Shown piece after piece: positions 20,174-29,633 of a stretch of DNA of 64,000 bases. A model generated the notes under the pieces. It did no database searches and was not told the origin of the DNA. It saw only the letters and a list, made by a program, of their open reading frames with translations. The position numbers were made by a program, and so were the translations under genes. The stretch lies in the UHGV virus genome UHGV-1351772, one strand, 5' to 3'. This stretch comes from a virus. The first letter of the stretch is position 1. Each line of letters opens with the position of its first letter.

Positions 20174-20447
20174 TGTCTACCGCCTTACGTAAATTGGATA
20201 ACGTTTCTGCTTCAAGCAGGTCAATCCAGTAGCTGATAGCTTCCGTGTTTTCAGGAAGTTCGGAACGTACTGGCGCATACCCGTAACGTACTAATAGATT
20301 CGAGTAATACTCAGCGACCTTTAAACAAAAAGATTCCAGATCGGGAAACGGAAGAGTGAAGGCTTCACGAAATTCGGCCGCTGTTTCTAAATTAACACTT
20401 GCCAATCCTTCACTTAAGCGTTCCACAATCTCCGTTTGATAACGCAT
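20148..20447 (-). CDS. Hypothetical protein
   Basis: 99-aa ORF with AGGAG upstream. Confidence 0.4.
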   Translation of the reverse strand: MRYQTEIVERLSEGLASVNLETAAEFREAFTLPFPDLESFCLKVAEYYSNLLVRYGYAPVRSELPENTEAISYWIDLLEAETLSNLRKAVDNETRTSTA

Positions 20448-20491
20448 GATGACTCCTTAGGTCGGGTAGGGTTTACCCTACCCGAGCCTAT

Positions 20492-21988
20492 TTATTTCTT
20501 TTTCGTCAGGAACTTCGGTTCTAGTCCATCGACAGCCATACCCAGAATGGTACGTGCAGTCAGTGTACGTTTACCACCTTTGGTTTCCTGGTCTTTAAAC
20601 ATCCAGTATTCTACCGTGTTGTCCAGAATTTCATTCCAGTCCCACTTCTCGTCAATCATTTTGTAAATCTCACCCATGCTGAGATGATACTTCATTTCAA
20701 GACGATGGTAGTTGTTTTGCATATAAGCAATTGCCGCCGTGATCTCTAAAGCGCGACGTAAGCGTGCGTTATCAGAAATCATATCACGGATTGTCGTGCG
20801 TTGGAATTTCACACCAGGTAGAATGTCCAGTTCTTTGATGGAGCCGCCACTACCGCTTGACGTAAAACCAAAGTCTGACTTCTTCAGCGTGTCACTTAAA
20901 TAGTGCCACAGGCTCAGGTGATATAACAGACCCATTTCCTGAGAGAAGATCATCTGGAATTTCACACCAGTGTGACCACCCTTCGCACGATACTGAGTAA
21001 AGGTGATAATCTTCAAGTCGTTTACCGAAGCATTCATCGCTTTAGAACGTGACGTCGGATAAAGTTCTTCGTTAACACCGGTCTGCGCGTTATAGCTCTG
21101 GTCTTTTTTCAGCTCCCCTGATTTCGTCGCGACGATAAAAGAGTTTGTTAAAAAGCTAAGCTGACGGCGAGGAATACCTGCGAATTTTAAATCGTCGTTG
21201 GCATCGTCAAGAATTTTCGCATTTGCTTTTTGTGCCTGACGGCCACCTGCCATCGCTTTCCCAGAGTCATCGGCCATCTGTGCCACGAAGCCCATGTAAA
21301 AACCACCACGTGCAAACGCAGACGGCCAGCGGCTCATCATATTCGATTTTTGCAGCGCATCGTGGGCGTTCAGGATGTTCTGATCAGAATCCCCAATATC
21401 CGTTTTTGCGTGCTTGTCTTCCAGCGAACTGGAATGCCACTCTGACAGGGAGTCGATAGAATAAAGCCAGGGGTCCAGGATTTCTTTTAACTTACGACGA
21501 ACCGGATCGGGGAACGGTGTTACGCGGGTTTTACCAGACATATACTGTTTGAAGCGTTTTTCAACTTCATCACGAATATAATCACTGTAATACTGTTCCC
21601 CAGGCATTACGTCAGAACCGACCAGGTTATAACGACCTTCGTGGATAAGTTCCAGTACGGATGTTCCGTCGTCGATACCGTTGGCGTTCATGGCAGAGAT
21701 GTACCCAGTTTCTAAACGATCGAGGGCAGCTGACACTTCTGTATCGTACTTAGAACCCCACTCTGCTTTATAACGTTGCAGGATTTGGAAAATACAGAAA
21801 TCTAACAAGGTGGATTTAAAAGTGTTACCGCGCCCTGCGAAACCCATGATGTGGGCAAAACCACCGTTAAGGTAGTACAAACCATCTTCACCTTTTTCGT
21901 AGTTACCTAAGGCATGATCCATGATGGTGTAAACGTTAAAACGTGGACGAATTACTTCACCGATAACTTGCTTAGTTGGGCCTGCCAT
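20492..21988 (-). CDS. Hypothetical protein with degenerate P-loop-like motif
   Basis: 498 aa; GGAG ribosome-binding site; N-terminal GFAGRGNTFKST resembles but does not match a Walker A box. Confidence 0.5.
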   Translation of the reverse strand: MAGPTKQVIGEVIRPRFNVYTIMDHALGNYEKGEDGLYYLNGGFAHIMGFAGRGNTFKSTLLDFCIFQILQRYKAEWGSKYDTEVSAALDRLETGYISAMNANGIDDGTSVLELIHEGRYNLVGSDVMPGEQYYSDYIRDEVEKRFKQYMSGKTRVTPFPDPVRRKLKEILDPWLYSIDSLSEWHSSSLEDKHAKTDIGDSDQNILNAHDALQKSNMMSRWPSAFARGGFYMGFVAQMADDSGKAMAGGRQAQKANAKILDDANDDLKFAGIPRRQLSFLTNSFIVATKSGELKKDQSYNAQTGVNEELYPTSRSKAMNASVNDLKIITFTQYRAKGGHTGVKFQMIFSQEMGLLYHLSLWHYLSDTLKKSDFGFTSSGSGGSIKELDILPGVKFQRTTIRDMISDNARLRRALEITAAIAYMQNNYHRLEMKYHLSMGEIYKMIDEKWDWNEILDNTVEYWMFKDQETKGGKRTLTARTILGMAVDGLEPKFLTKKK

Positions 21989-22003
21989 TTAGCGCTCCGA
22001 TAA

Positions 22004-22303
22004 TTAACGATTCTTGGTCGGAAGAAGAAGACGGCGGTTGTGCCAGAATTCAAAGTAGGTCTCTACCCACTCAGTAACTTCTTCCGCATTTTCAGGATAA
22101 GGGTTTTCAATAGACTCGAAACGGCGTTTATTACGCTCGTCAATTTCCAGTTCCATAACACGTTTACCGCTCGGGCACGACGTTACGCTCAAGACTTTTC
22201 CAACTTGAATAGGTTTACCGTTCTGACCTTTTTTAACAGGGGTCAGATAAATTTCCGGTTCTAAACGCGGTGTGGTGTTTCGAGTCAGTAATTTGATTTT
22301 CAT
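22004..22303 (-). CDS. Hypothetical protein
   Basis: 99-aa ORF. Confidence 0.4.
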   Translation of the reverse strand: MKIKLLTRNTTPRLEPEIYLTPVKKGQNGKPIQVGKVLSVTSCPSGKRVMELEIDERNKRRFESIENPYPENAEEVTEWVETYFEFWHNRRLLLPTKNR

Positions 22304-22341
22304 CGAGCTTTACCTTTATGGAAGAGTCTCGGTCATAAGGT

Positions 22342-22371
22342 TTGGGTGAACTGTAAAAAGACTTTACTATG
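22342..22371 (+). promoter_or_regulatory. Candidate sigma70-like promoter for rightward island gene
   Basis: TTGGGT - 18 nt - TACTAT about 30 nt upstream of the ATG at 22402; a perfect TATAAT also lies at about 22383-22388. Confidence 0.25.
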
Positions 22372-22401
22372 TAACCCTGACTTATAATCCGAGGTTTTAG
22401 A

Positions 22402-23190
22402 ATGAATGTAAATCCACTTGCAGCGTTATCTAGCTTCGCCGCTAAAGCGTCTGCAATCTTACCGAAAGGGTTTAGTGGCCCTCAACAAGAGATTGCATTA
22501 ACCACTTATGACGAGATGTCGGACGTTTCCAAGTGGATGCAACAAGAAAAATTCCTACACTTTGCGGGAATGTTGGTTATCGTTCCACCTGGGTTTAATA
22601 CCTACGTGATGGATCACTTGAACCGCTTAGAATCTGTATGGAGTTCACTACAAAACATCTATACGGGTATTCTGCTACCGGTCGATAAACAACTTTCGGC
22701 CCTTACACATGATGTGGGGGTACTGTCATTACCGATTGGTTTCCGTTACAAAAACGTTAATTTACCGTTACGTAATGTTAACCCGAAAGACCTGGTTAAC
22801 TTATTAGCGAAATCGTACACTAATAACGTTATTGACCAGCGACCAATTGAGAAGACGTACCACAGCGCGTCTGAGATTGACGTTGCGTTCAATCGTGCTA
22901 AAGCCCTGAACGTTGAAATTACGAAACGTTTACGGACGAATATCGACAAGTCAATCGAGTCCATTCGCACTACGTCAGAAATCTTGTCCGAACAAAACAT
23001 TCATCCGAATGTAGCAAAAGAACTGACGATGATGTTAGATTTTGCATCCGATTGGGTGGAGCTGTTTGGTCTGTTCATGAAACAGGTTAACGAGTTAATC
23101 GAATGCCTGAACGTTACTGCCGAACGCTTAAAAGCGCTTAAGGCAAACAAAAATAAAAAAGTAAAGTTACCCCTAGACCGTGTGGTCTAG
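22402..23190 (+). CDS. Hypothetical protein (rightward island)
   Basis: 262-aa ORF; GAGG upstream; terminator hairpin overlaps its 3' end. Confidence 0.5.
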   Translation: MNVNPLAALSSFAAKASAILPKGFSGPQQEIALTTYDEMSDVSKWMQQEKFLHFAGMLVIVPPGFNTYVMDHLNRLESVWSSLQNIYTGILLPVDKQLSALTHDVGVLSLPIGFRYKNVNLPLRNVNPKDLVNLLAKSYTNNVIDQRPIEKTYHSASEIDVAFNRAKALNVEITKRLRTNIDKSIESIRTTSEILSEQNIHPNVAKELTMMLDFASDWVELFGLFMKQVNELIECLNVTAERLKALKANKNKKVKLPLDRVV

Positions 23191-23210
23191 GGGTAAACTA
23201 TTTATTTCCC
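23170..23210. terminator. Bidirectional intrinsic terminator
   Basis: Stem CCCCTAGACC / GGTCTAGGGG, loop GTGT, A-run upstream and T-rich run downstream; sits between convergent genes. Confidence 0.6.
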
Positions 23211-24101
23211 ACGATAAAATCCAGAAATGTAACTCGGCGCTATCCATCGCCATTCGCGCCAGCGCATTTCTGACATCTTACCACACCATACACGCTTCCA
23301 ATGCGCACGACGGATATGTGCGGCGCAATAAATCGCCAAACAAACCTCGTGTCCTTCCTTGCGTTGCTGTTCTATATCTTCCCATTGTACCGGACTTACA
23401 TCTAAAACGACTGCTTCACTACGTGGGCGAATCTCTGTATCGGGAACATAACGAATGGTCCTTCCGCGAAATTCTTTCTTCTCACGTTCAGTACGTTTAA
23501 TTCGTGACGAAAGGTATAGTCCGATATAGACAGCGTCGAGTAGTCGTTGATTCTCCTTAACCGAAATAAGGAGCGGCTTTAGCTCGACGAAATCATCTTT
23601 ACTTTTATCGATTTTGTAAATCTCAAACTCCATGTATACCGATTCTTCACGTTCTTCGCATGACATCACAAAGAGAACTTCTTCGCCTTCGTAAAGACGT
23701 CTTCCGATAAATAACGTGATTGGACTTTCGTCGAGATTTACAGTAACCGAGAAAGTAAATGAAGGGATGGTTTCTATCCAGAAGTACGGGATGTTTTTTA
23801 GTCTCTCAGTTTTTGCTAAGAGTGCCATCAGTTCTTCATCCGAGATGATTTCAACAGCAGCGTATTGCCATCCTAGTCCCAGGGACTGCTTAATCAGTCT
23901 GGGAATCTGTTCGGTAACGCCATACTCTCGATAGGTCGGATCTTTAACTGGCATAAACGTTACGGGTATTTGACGTTTATGCTCGTTAATGAACCGAATA
24001 AAGCGGCACTGATCTAATCCGTGAATTGTTTGGTGTGCCTTTTCTATTTGTTCGCTCATGCGTCTTAGCGCTTTCCCGTAAAGTCTATTATTCGTTGTCA
24101 T
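23202..24101 (-). CDS. Hypothetical protein, paralog of 24127-25053 (shared basic Trp-rich C-terminal motif)
   Basis: Start set at MTTNNR with AGGAG upstream; C-terminus CAAHIRRAHWKRVWCG...WIAPSYISG. Confidence 0.5.
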   Translation of the reverse strand: MTTNNRLYGKALRRMSEQIEKAHQTIHGLDQCRFIRFINEHKRQIPVTFMPVKDPTYREYGVTEQIPRLIKQSLGLGWQYAAVEIISDEELMALLAKTERLKNIPYFWIETIPSFTFSVTVNLDESPITLFIGRRLYEGEEVLFVMSCEEREESVYMEFEIYKIDKSKDDFVELKPLLISVKENQRLLDAVYIGLYLSSRIKRTEREKKEFRGRTIRYVPDTEIRPRSEAVVLDVSPVQWEDIEQQRKEGHEVCLAIYCAAHIRRAHWKRVWCGKMSEMRWREWRWIAPSYISGFYRGK

Positions 24102-24126
24102 TTTAATACTCCTAAACACTTTTAGC

Positions 24127-25053
24127 TTAATTGTGGGGTACGTAGCCACGGACAAATGTAGGTGGAATCCAACAAAGTTTTCTCTTTCTTTCACCATTTC
24201 TAGGGCCGACCCAATATCTGCGCCAGTGAGCGCGACGGATGTGGGCAGCCTTAGCATGTTTGATACCCTGCATGGTTTTCAAGTCAGTGTTAAACCCTTT
24301 TAGATAATTCACTTGTCCTGGCGTGATATCTATCTTAACATCGCGTTCACGAGGTTTAACGTCGTAGCTAATACTACCGTTCTTTTTGATTTCTTTGAAC
24401 TTAATATCATTAAAAGACTCCCTGTAATTGGGCGGGATTAGCGTACACAGAAATATCATCGAAGTAGCGGCTTTGGCCAGAGATAACCATAGCATCTTTT
24501 CTTGTTCGTTCTCCACACCGTCGGCATAGTCGATTTCCACAAGCCCGTTTCCTGCGCTACGAAGCTCTAACGAACAAGTGGCAATTGTGGTAACGCCTTC
24601 TGTTAACCCGTAATCAGTATTTGTAGCAATTATAATAAACCTTCTCTTCCCGTTTTTTCGATAGCCGAGAAAGAAAGTCTCATCCTCTTTACCTACGTCG
24701 ATTGCTACAGTCCAAGTAGGTATAAAGTCCAACCATTCTTCAGGGAATTTACTGGGCATCTCAGTCTCGAAAACAAGTTCTCTAAGTGCTTGGTTGGATA
24801 TTAAGGAAGCACCACCGTATAGCCATCCAATTGCCAATGTTTGAGCGTGAAGGGAACGGGGATCTTTGAGACCTAACTCAGCGTCGTAAGGTATAAAGGC
24901 ATTGGTTAAATGGTTACGATTCTTTTTTATCCATTTCGAGACAGGATTTTCCTTTATTCGGTTTTCTTCCATGACATTTTCAAGATGCTGAGACCCCATT
25001 TGTCTAAGGCAGTCTTTAATACCTTTTACTTTTTTACTTTTGTACAAATACAT
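24127..25053 (-). CDS. Hypothetical protein, paralog of 23202-24101
   Basis: 308 aa; AGGAG upstream; C-terminus AAHIRRAHWRRYWVG...WIPPTFVRG. Confidence 0.5.
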   Translation of the reverse strand: MYLYKSKKVKGIKDCLRQMGSQHLENVMEENRIKENPVSKWIKKNRNHLTNAFIPYDAELGLKDPRSLHAQTLAIGWLYGGASLISNQALRELVFETEMPSKFPEEWLDFIPTWTVAIDVGKEDETFFLGYRKNGKRRFIIIATNTDYGLTEGVTTIATCSLELRSAGNGLVEIDYADGVENEQEKMLWLSLAKAATSMIFLCTLIPPNYRESFNDIKFKEIKKNGSISYDVKPRERDVKIDITPGQVNYLKGFNTDLKTMQGIKHAKAAHIRRAHWRRYWVGPRNGERKRKLCWIPPTFVRGYVPHN

Positions 25054-25068
25054 GGTTTATTCTCCTAA

Positions 25069-25107
25069 AATGGTTAAAAATAAAGTAACCCTAGCCGAAG
25101 CTAGGGT
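25069..25107 (-). terminator. Intrinsic terminator (leftward)
   Basis: Stem ACCCTAGC / GCTAGGGT, loop CGAA; T-run on the minus strand. Confidence 0.65.
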
Positions 25108-25112
25108 GTCTA

Positions 25113-25598
25113 TTAATCGATTTGGACGTAGTTCGGATAATTGGCTTTTAACCACTCCCACAACTGATATGCAAGTTGACTTTGATCGGCACTGATAAGA
25201 GCTACTATTTCAAGATAAACGCTTTCATTACTCCAAATCTGGCTATAAAAGCGTCGCCATTCAGGAGCAGTGTAGGGTACTATTACGTCAGGCATGTACC
25301 CGTTGTGCCAGCCATTAACTATCGAACGTAGGGTTTCGATACGGATGTCGTAAAACCGACGTCTGATAGAAGTCCATGTAATAGGCCCTGGCTGATCGAA
25401 GAAATTGTCCAGATTCATTAGTAATGTCGCACGATATCTCGCAACGATAACGCCAGCTGCCTGTGAAGCTATCCAAACAGCGTCCACTGTTTTTGGAGCT
25501 AACAAGTTACGTATCGACTGTTCCATGCGATCGCAGTGGTTCAGAAACTCATGGACAATGTCGCTATTAGAGAGATTGATAATTGCATTTACGTTCAT
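25113..25598 (-). CDS. Hypothetical protein
   Basis: 161-aa ORF. Confidence 0.45.
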   Translation of the reverse strand: MNVNAIINLSNSDIVHEFLNHCDRMEQSIRNLLAPKTVDAVWIASQAAGVIVARYRATLLMNLDNFFDQPGPITWTSIRRRFYDIRIETLRSIVNGWHNGYMPDVIVPYTAPEWRRFYSQIWSNESVYLEIVALISADQSQLAYQLWEWLKANYPNYVQID

Positions 25599-25599
25599 T

Positions 25600-26124
25600 T
25601 TATTGTCCTAAAATTGGGGAGAGTTTGTCTGCGGTGTTTAACAACGCTTTTGTAATTTCGTGGTTGGTCTCTTTTAGGATGGCGCAACAGAGAGTGGTAT
25701 AAACCTCGATTGCTAACGCGATTTCTTGTTCAGTCAGGCACGGTTCGGTACCGTCAATCCCGTAACGTTGCGCCGCATATTCAATTTCAAGTTTCAAACG
25801 TTTTCGTAGTGCCTCATCGTTAGTTAAACGCGTACACGCCCGATCGAAACGTCTATTGTAAGCCTCGATCTTGTGGACAATTTCGCGTCGCAGTTGGTCG
25901 ACATTTACGTTATCATCAAGAGTGATGGTGACGTTGTCAACTAAACAGTAATGTACTGTGTGTCGTAAGTTGTGTAATGTGGCGACAGTAACGACCCGCT
26001 CCTGATGGTCGCTAAAGCCATGAGCACCACAGAGCTTGCGTGCAACCGCGCCAGAGATTTTCTCCTCTAACGCTATCGGCGTGGCAATGGTTGTTTTCTT
26101 ACGAAGCTGAATTAAAATATCCAC
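25600..26124 (-). CDS. Hypothetical protein
   Basis: 174-aa ORF. Confidence 0.45.
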   Translation of the reverse strand: MDILIQLRKKTTIATPIALEEKISGAVARKLCGAHGFSDHQERVVTVATLHNLRHTVHYCLVDNVTITLDDNVNVDQLRREIVHKIEAYNRRFDRACTRLTNDEALRKRLKLEIEYAAQRYGIDGTEPCLTEQEIALAIEVYTTLCCAILKETNHEITKALLNTADKLSPILGQ

Positions 26125-26126
26125 GA

Positions 26127-26669
26127 TTATACTCCTTTAGGTTGACCGTATTTTGATGACAGGTAGATGAGCTCGGCATGGCAGATTTTCTCAACTAACC
26201 CGAGTGTTTCAAGGAAAATATCCCGGATACGGGACATTGTTTCGTTGGTAAGAATATCGCTCCAACACGTTGTGTCTATTATATCCGTCGTTGAAGATTG
26301 CCGCTGCAATATGGCGACATACACTTCGTCGAGGGTATCTGGAGCATTATTCTGTAAGTAATGCGCGGCATGTAGAAAGGCTTTCTCAAGAATCAGGTGA
26401 ATATCCGTATCGGGATCAGTTACCCGCACCAAATGTGGGTATGTCATGGCCGAATGGATTTTTCGCTCTAACTGTTCAATGAGATTATTCACCATCGCTT
26501 CTGAATCCAGGATAGTAATTTCGACCCCACTGTGTTCTTCAGAAATCTTGTTCTCATGTACTGCTATCGCGTCGTGCAGTTCAAACGCAACGCGGCTACG
26601 CATCCCACTTAACAGTTTGTTTAATTTACCCCGTGACTCGCTGAGTGAGAAATCGATAAGTATTTTCAT
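26127..26669 (-). CDS. Hypothetical protein
   Basis: 180-aa ORF. Confidence 0.45.
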   Translation of the reverse strand: MKILIDFSLSESRGKLNKLLSGMRSRVAFELHDAIAVHENKISEEHSGVEITILDSEAMVNNLIEQLERKIHSAMTYPHLVRVTDPDTDIHLILEKAFLHAAHYLQNNAPDTLDEVYVAILQRQSSTTDIIDTTCWSDILTNETMSRIRDIFLETLGLVEKICHAELIYLSSKYGQPKGV

Positions 26670-27412
26670 TATGCATATTCCTGATAAATTGCCCGACCCC
26701 GATCTTCTCGAATCTGGCAGTAAGTTACAACAGCACCATTAGGGATTTGTGCTCCGCTGTCTTCAAGGTAAATAACGCCCGTAGCTTCACAGAGATAAAA
26801 CGACCACAATCGTGAGATACCAAGCCGTGCGTTCTCGTAGTCACTGAATGGCCAGAAACCACAGTGAAGCTCAACATAGTCTCCACGTTCTATCCCGTAA
26901 GCAATCAATTCTTTTTCCCACAACGTACATTCGGCGTCGTAAATCGAAAACCAGAAACCAACGAGGTTCTTTGTTTGTTTAACGTTGAGCAAGTCGTTAT
27001 AAATGGGGAAGAGTGCTTTATTGAAACTTTCTAACATCTCTGGAGAGAATAGAAAATTCATGTAGTATTCTAGCCATTGATAAACGGCCTCCCAGACATC
27101 TTCAGAAGAGAAATGTTCGAATACAGCGTCATCGCAATCGTAGTTATCGAAGATCCCTGAGAGATCTATTTCGACTACGCCGCGAAGGTCAAAGTTTCGG
27201 TTGGTATTGACAGCCTCGATAACTTCGGAGATGAGACGAGTAAAGACGATTGTGCAAGCCGTCTGTGCGGTATAAAAGAATTCTCCTTGTACGGTTGACC
27301 ACTTCGGGTCCTTCAAGTGTTCATTGAAGTATTGTGGCCAAATTTTATAAAAGATTCCCTCGAACAACGAGGGATTGATACGTTGTAATTGAGGGACATA
27401 AACTTTTAGCAT
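26669..27412 (-). CDS. Hypothetical protein
   Basis: 247-aa ORF. Confidence 0.45.
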   Translation of the reverse strand: MLKVYVPQLQRINPSLFEGIFYKIWPQYFNEHLKDPKWSTVQGEFFYTAQTACTIVFTRLISEVIEAVNTNRNFDLRGVVEIDLSGIFDNYDCDDAVFEHFSSEDVWEAVYQWLEYYMNFLFSPEMLESFNKALFPIYNDLLNVKQTKNLVGFWFSIYDAECTLWEKELIAYGIERGDYVELHCGFWPFSDYENARLGISRLWSFYLCEATGVIYLEDSGAQIPNGAVVTYCQIREDRGRAIYQEYA

Positions 27413-27448
27413 TTTAATAACTCCAATGGTGTTACACCTGGATAATAT

Positions 27449-28117
27449 CTATCTAAGAATATTTTTAGCGAAAAAAGGATCGACTGTAAACTCCCTCACC
27501 TGTGAGTCATAACCCGAATGTATCTGATCGCTACTGAGCAAATACCCGTCTAAATCGTGTGGAAGAATCCAAGAATCGCCTTGTTTAAAAATACCATAAT
27601 CTGTTGTTCCAGAGGAAAAAACGATTTCCTCTGGAGACGAATAGATGTGGCGTAAGGCAAGATCTGACGGCTTTAACACGATTAATCGAACGGGATGTTG
27701 ACTGACTGCCTCTTTAATAAACTGTTCACGATTAAACCAAATTATTTTTTCGGGGTAAGTTTCGAATTCAGCCCATGTCCGCGTGATAACTAATTTGGAA
27801 ATCTTTCTCAATTCTTCAGAATGCTCTGCGTAGCCGATACACTCCTTGCGCACTTCATGATTTTCTACCGATGCTGTGAATTTTTGGAATAGGTGTTGTT
27901 GGAAAAAGCCGTTCTCCGGGATATCACAACCCGCGTTGTATAGTGCAATGATCTCCCACAACAACGAAAGAGAAAACACAAATGCTAACTTTTCCACAAC
28001 TTCCCAATCTTCGGAGTAAGGGGCTTTAAAGCCCCAATACTGCCGTGCGTTATACATAAAGTGAGTTTGTAAAAACCGAGGGGCTTTTGACAAGACCTCA
28101 CTATAAACGATCAGCAT
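27449..28117 (-). CDS. Hypothetical protein
   Basis: 222-aa ORF. Confidence 0.45.
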   Translation of the reverse strand: MLIVYSEVLSKAPRFLQTHFMYNARQYWGFKAPYSEDWEVVEKLAFVFSLSLLWEIIALYNAGCDIPENGFFQQHLFQKFTASVENHEVRKECIGYAEHSEELRKISKLVITRTWAEFETYPEKIIWFNREQFIKEAVSQHPVRLIVLKPSDLALRHIYSSPEEIVFSSGTTDYGIFKQGDSWILPHDLDGYLLSSDQIHSGYDSQVREFTVDPFFAKNILR

Positions 28118-29631
28118 TCAAGCTCCTTATCCGTCAATATTCGTTTGTTTGAATAATAGCCGCACCACAACCCATGATATTTTTCCCCAATATAAACCAA
28201 CGCGTACTCGATATACTGCCGTTCTGGACGCCGTACCGCCACGTAGAATCGTCCTTCTGGTTCTTTCATACGGTTGATTTCCGTACGCGTCGGTATGTCG
28301 ATACCACGAGTAAGGATAGTTTTAACCTTGTTTTTACTACCAGGGATATGGATGGTTACGTCAAAACCTTTATCTACGTTACGATAAAAATCTTTCTTCG
28401 GCTTACCTTTCTCATCGTAAAGCAGGTCAGTAATGTCGTTCATCACGACTGAGTTTTTCCCTTCCATGGCATCGCGTAACCAACCTGCAAGCTCATCACG
28501 AATCGTAATGCAGCGATAAGACAATAACGCGGGACGAAGAATTCGTGTAATCGAAAGATCTTCAAACATCCATAGGTTTTTGTCTTCGCTAAAATGCATC
28601 CGATCGACAGGAATACCGTTACCTGCGGCTTCTGCGAACTTCTTACGTTTTACGAATAAGTTAAAAACAACGGCGATGGGATCAAACTGACGTAAACGGG
28701 GCACCCCTTCCCACGCTTTCGCAGAGTGGGTATTTACCAACTCGTATACGTTGTTCCATGGTTCTTTGGTAAACATTACGCAGAATTGCGCGTCTGGAAT
28801 GTACTTACCAACGAAGACGATATCGTCCTTCTGTTTTGCATGGTTCCCACCGAACATGTAATAAAGTTTATTACCGTTAACTGTAACAGTGGGATGCGGT
28901 TCGTTCACCATCGGGTAACAGAACTTCGTAACACAGATATCGGGAAAAGCAGACAAATTGACGCCTTCACCAACAACTTCTGGTTGCTGATCTTCCTCAG
29001 GCATCTCGTCTTTTGACCAATACGGTGTATAGTCTAGCCCATCGCCTCGTGCCGAGATACTTGAACCCTTCCGTGCTAACTCGTCGGCACGCTCGTTTCC
29101 ATAACGTCCTGAATGCCCTTTAATTTTAAGGACACGAACACCTTTCCCTTCTTTCTTTAACCGCTGTTTAACCTCCCACATCCGTTGGATTAATTCCAAG
29201 TTCGCAATGGGCGTACCGTCTGCGCGACGCCAACCGCGTGCAGCCCAACCATCAATCCAATCGTTATACGTGTTGACAACGTAAGATGCGTCGATATAGA
29301 TAACATAGTTTTTAGCAACGAAAGGTGCATGTTCGAAAACGGTCAGGAAAGCCACGAGTTCTGCAACGTCGGAGTGTGACATTTTTGGTACAGGCACAAC
29401 ACCGTCAATAAACTCCACAGCTTCTGGTAAAGATGGAAGTTTTTCATCCTTGTTTATCTGGCGGTATCCTGACGTCGTAATCCCCTCGGGAATAGAGGGA
29501 TGGCGGTAAACCCGACCATCCTCAATCGTTTCACGATTAAATAAGTATCCATGAATCCCCGCTCCTGTACCGAGCGGGGAGGTCAAATGGCTACCATCCG
29601 TGTAAATTACTGCAACATCAACGTTCTTCAT
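28111..29631 (-). CDS. Type-1 RNase H domain protein with ~300-aa C-terminal extension
   Basis: N-terminal ~190 aa: VAVIYTDGS, YIDASYV, IKGHSGRYGNERADELARKG match the RNase HI catalytic core; remaining ~316 aa unassigned. Confidence 0.75.
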   Translation of the reverse strand: MKNVDVAVIYTDGSHLTSPLGTGAGIHGYLFNRETIEDGRVYRHPSIPEGITTSGYRQINKDEKLPSLPEAVEFIDGVVPVPKMSHSDVAELVAFLTVFEHAPFVAKNYVIYIDASYVVNTYNDWIDGWAARGWRRADGTPIANLELIQRMWEVKQRLKKEGKGVRVLKIKGHSGRYGNERADELARKGSSISARGDGLDYTPYWSKDEMPEEDQQPEVVGEGVNLSAFPDICVTKFCYPMVNEPHPTVTVNGNKLYYMFGGNHAKQKDDIVFVGKYIPDAQFCVMFTKEPWNNVYELVNTHSAKAWEGVPRLRQFDPIAVVFNLFVKRKKFAEAAGNGIPVDRMHFSEDKNLWMFEDLSITRILRPALLSYRCITIRDELAGWLRDAMEGKNSVVMNDITDLLYDEKGKPKKDFYRNVDKGFDVTIHIPGSKNKVKTILTRGIDIPTRTEINRMKEPEGRFYVAVRRPERQYIEYALVYIGEKYHGLWCGYYSNKRILTDKELEC

Positions 29632-29633
29632 TC

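Noticed and set aside
20462-20505. Hairpin CGGGTAGGG/CCCTACCCG as terminator of the leftward genes
   Set aside because: The T-tract follows the hairpin only on the plus strand, while both flanking genes are leftward; at most an antisense terminator or RNA-stability element.
20492-21988. Recombinase (UvsX/RecA-like) or terminase large subunit
   Set aside because: The only support is a degenerate P-loop-like string GFAGRGNTFKST; no Walker B or nuclease motifs identified, so left as hypothetical.
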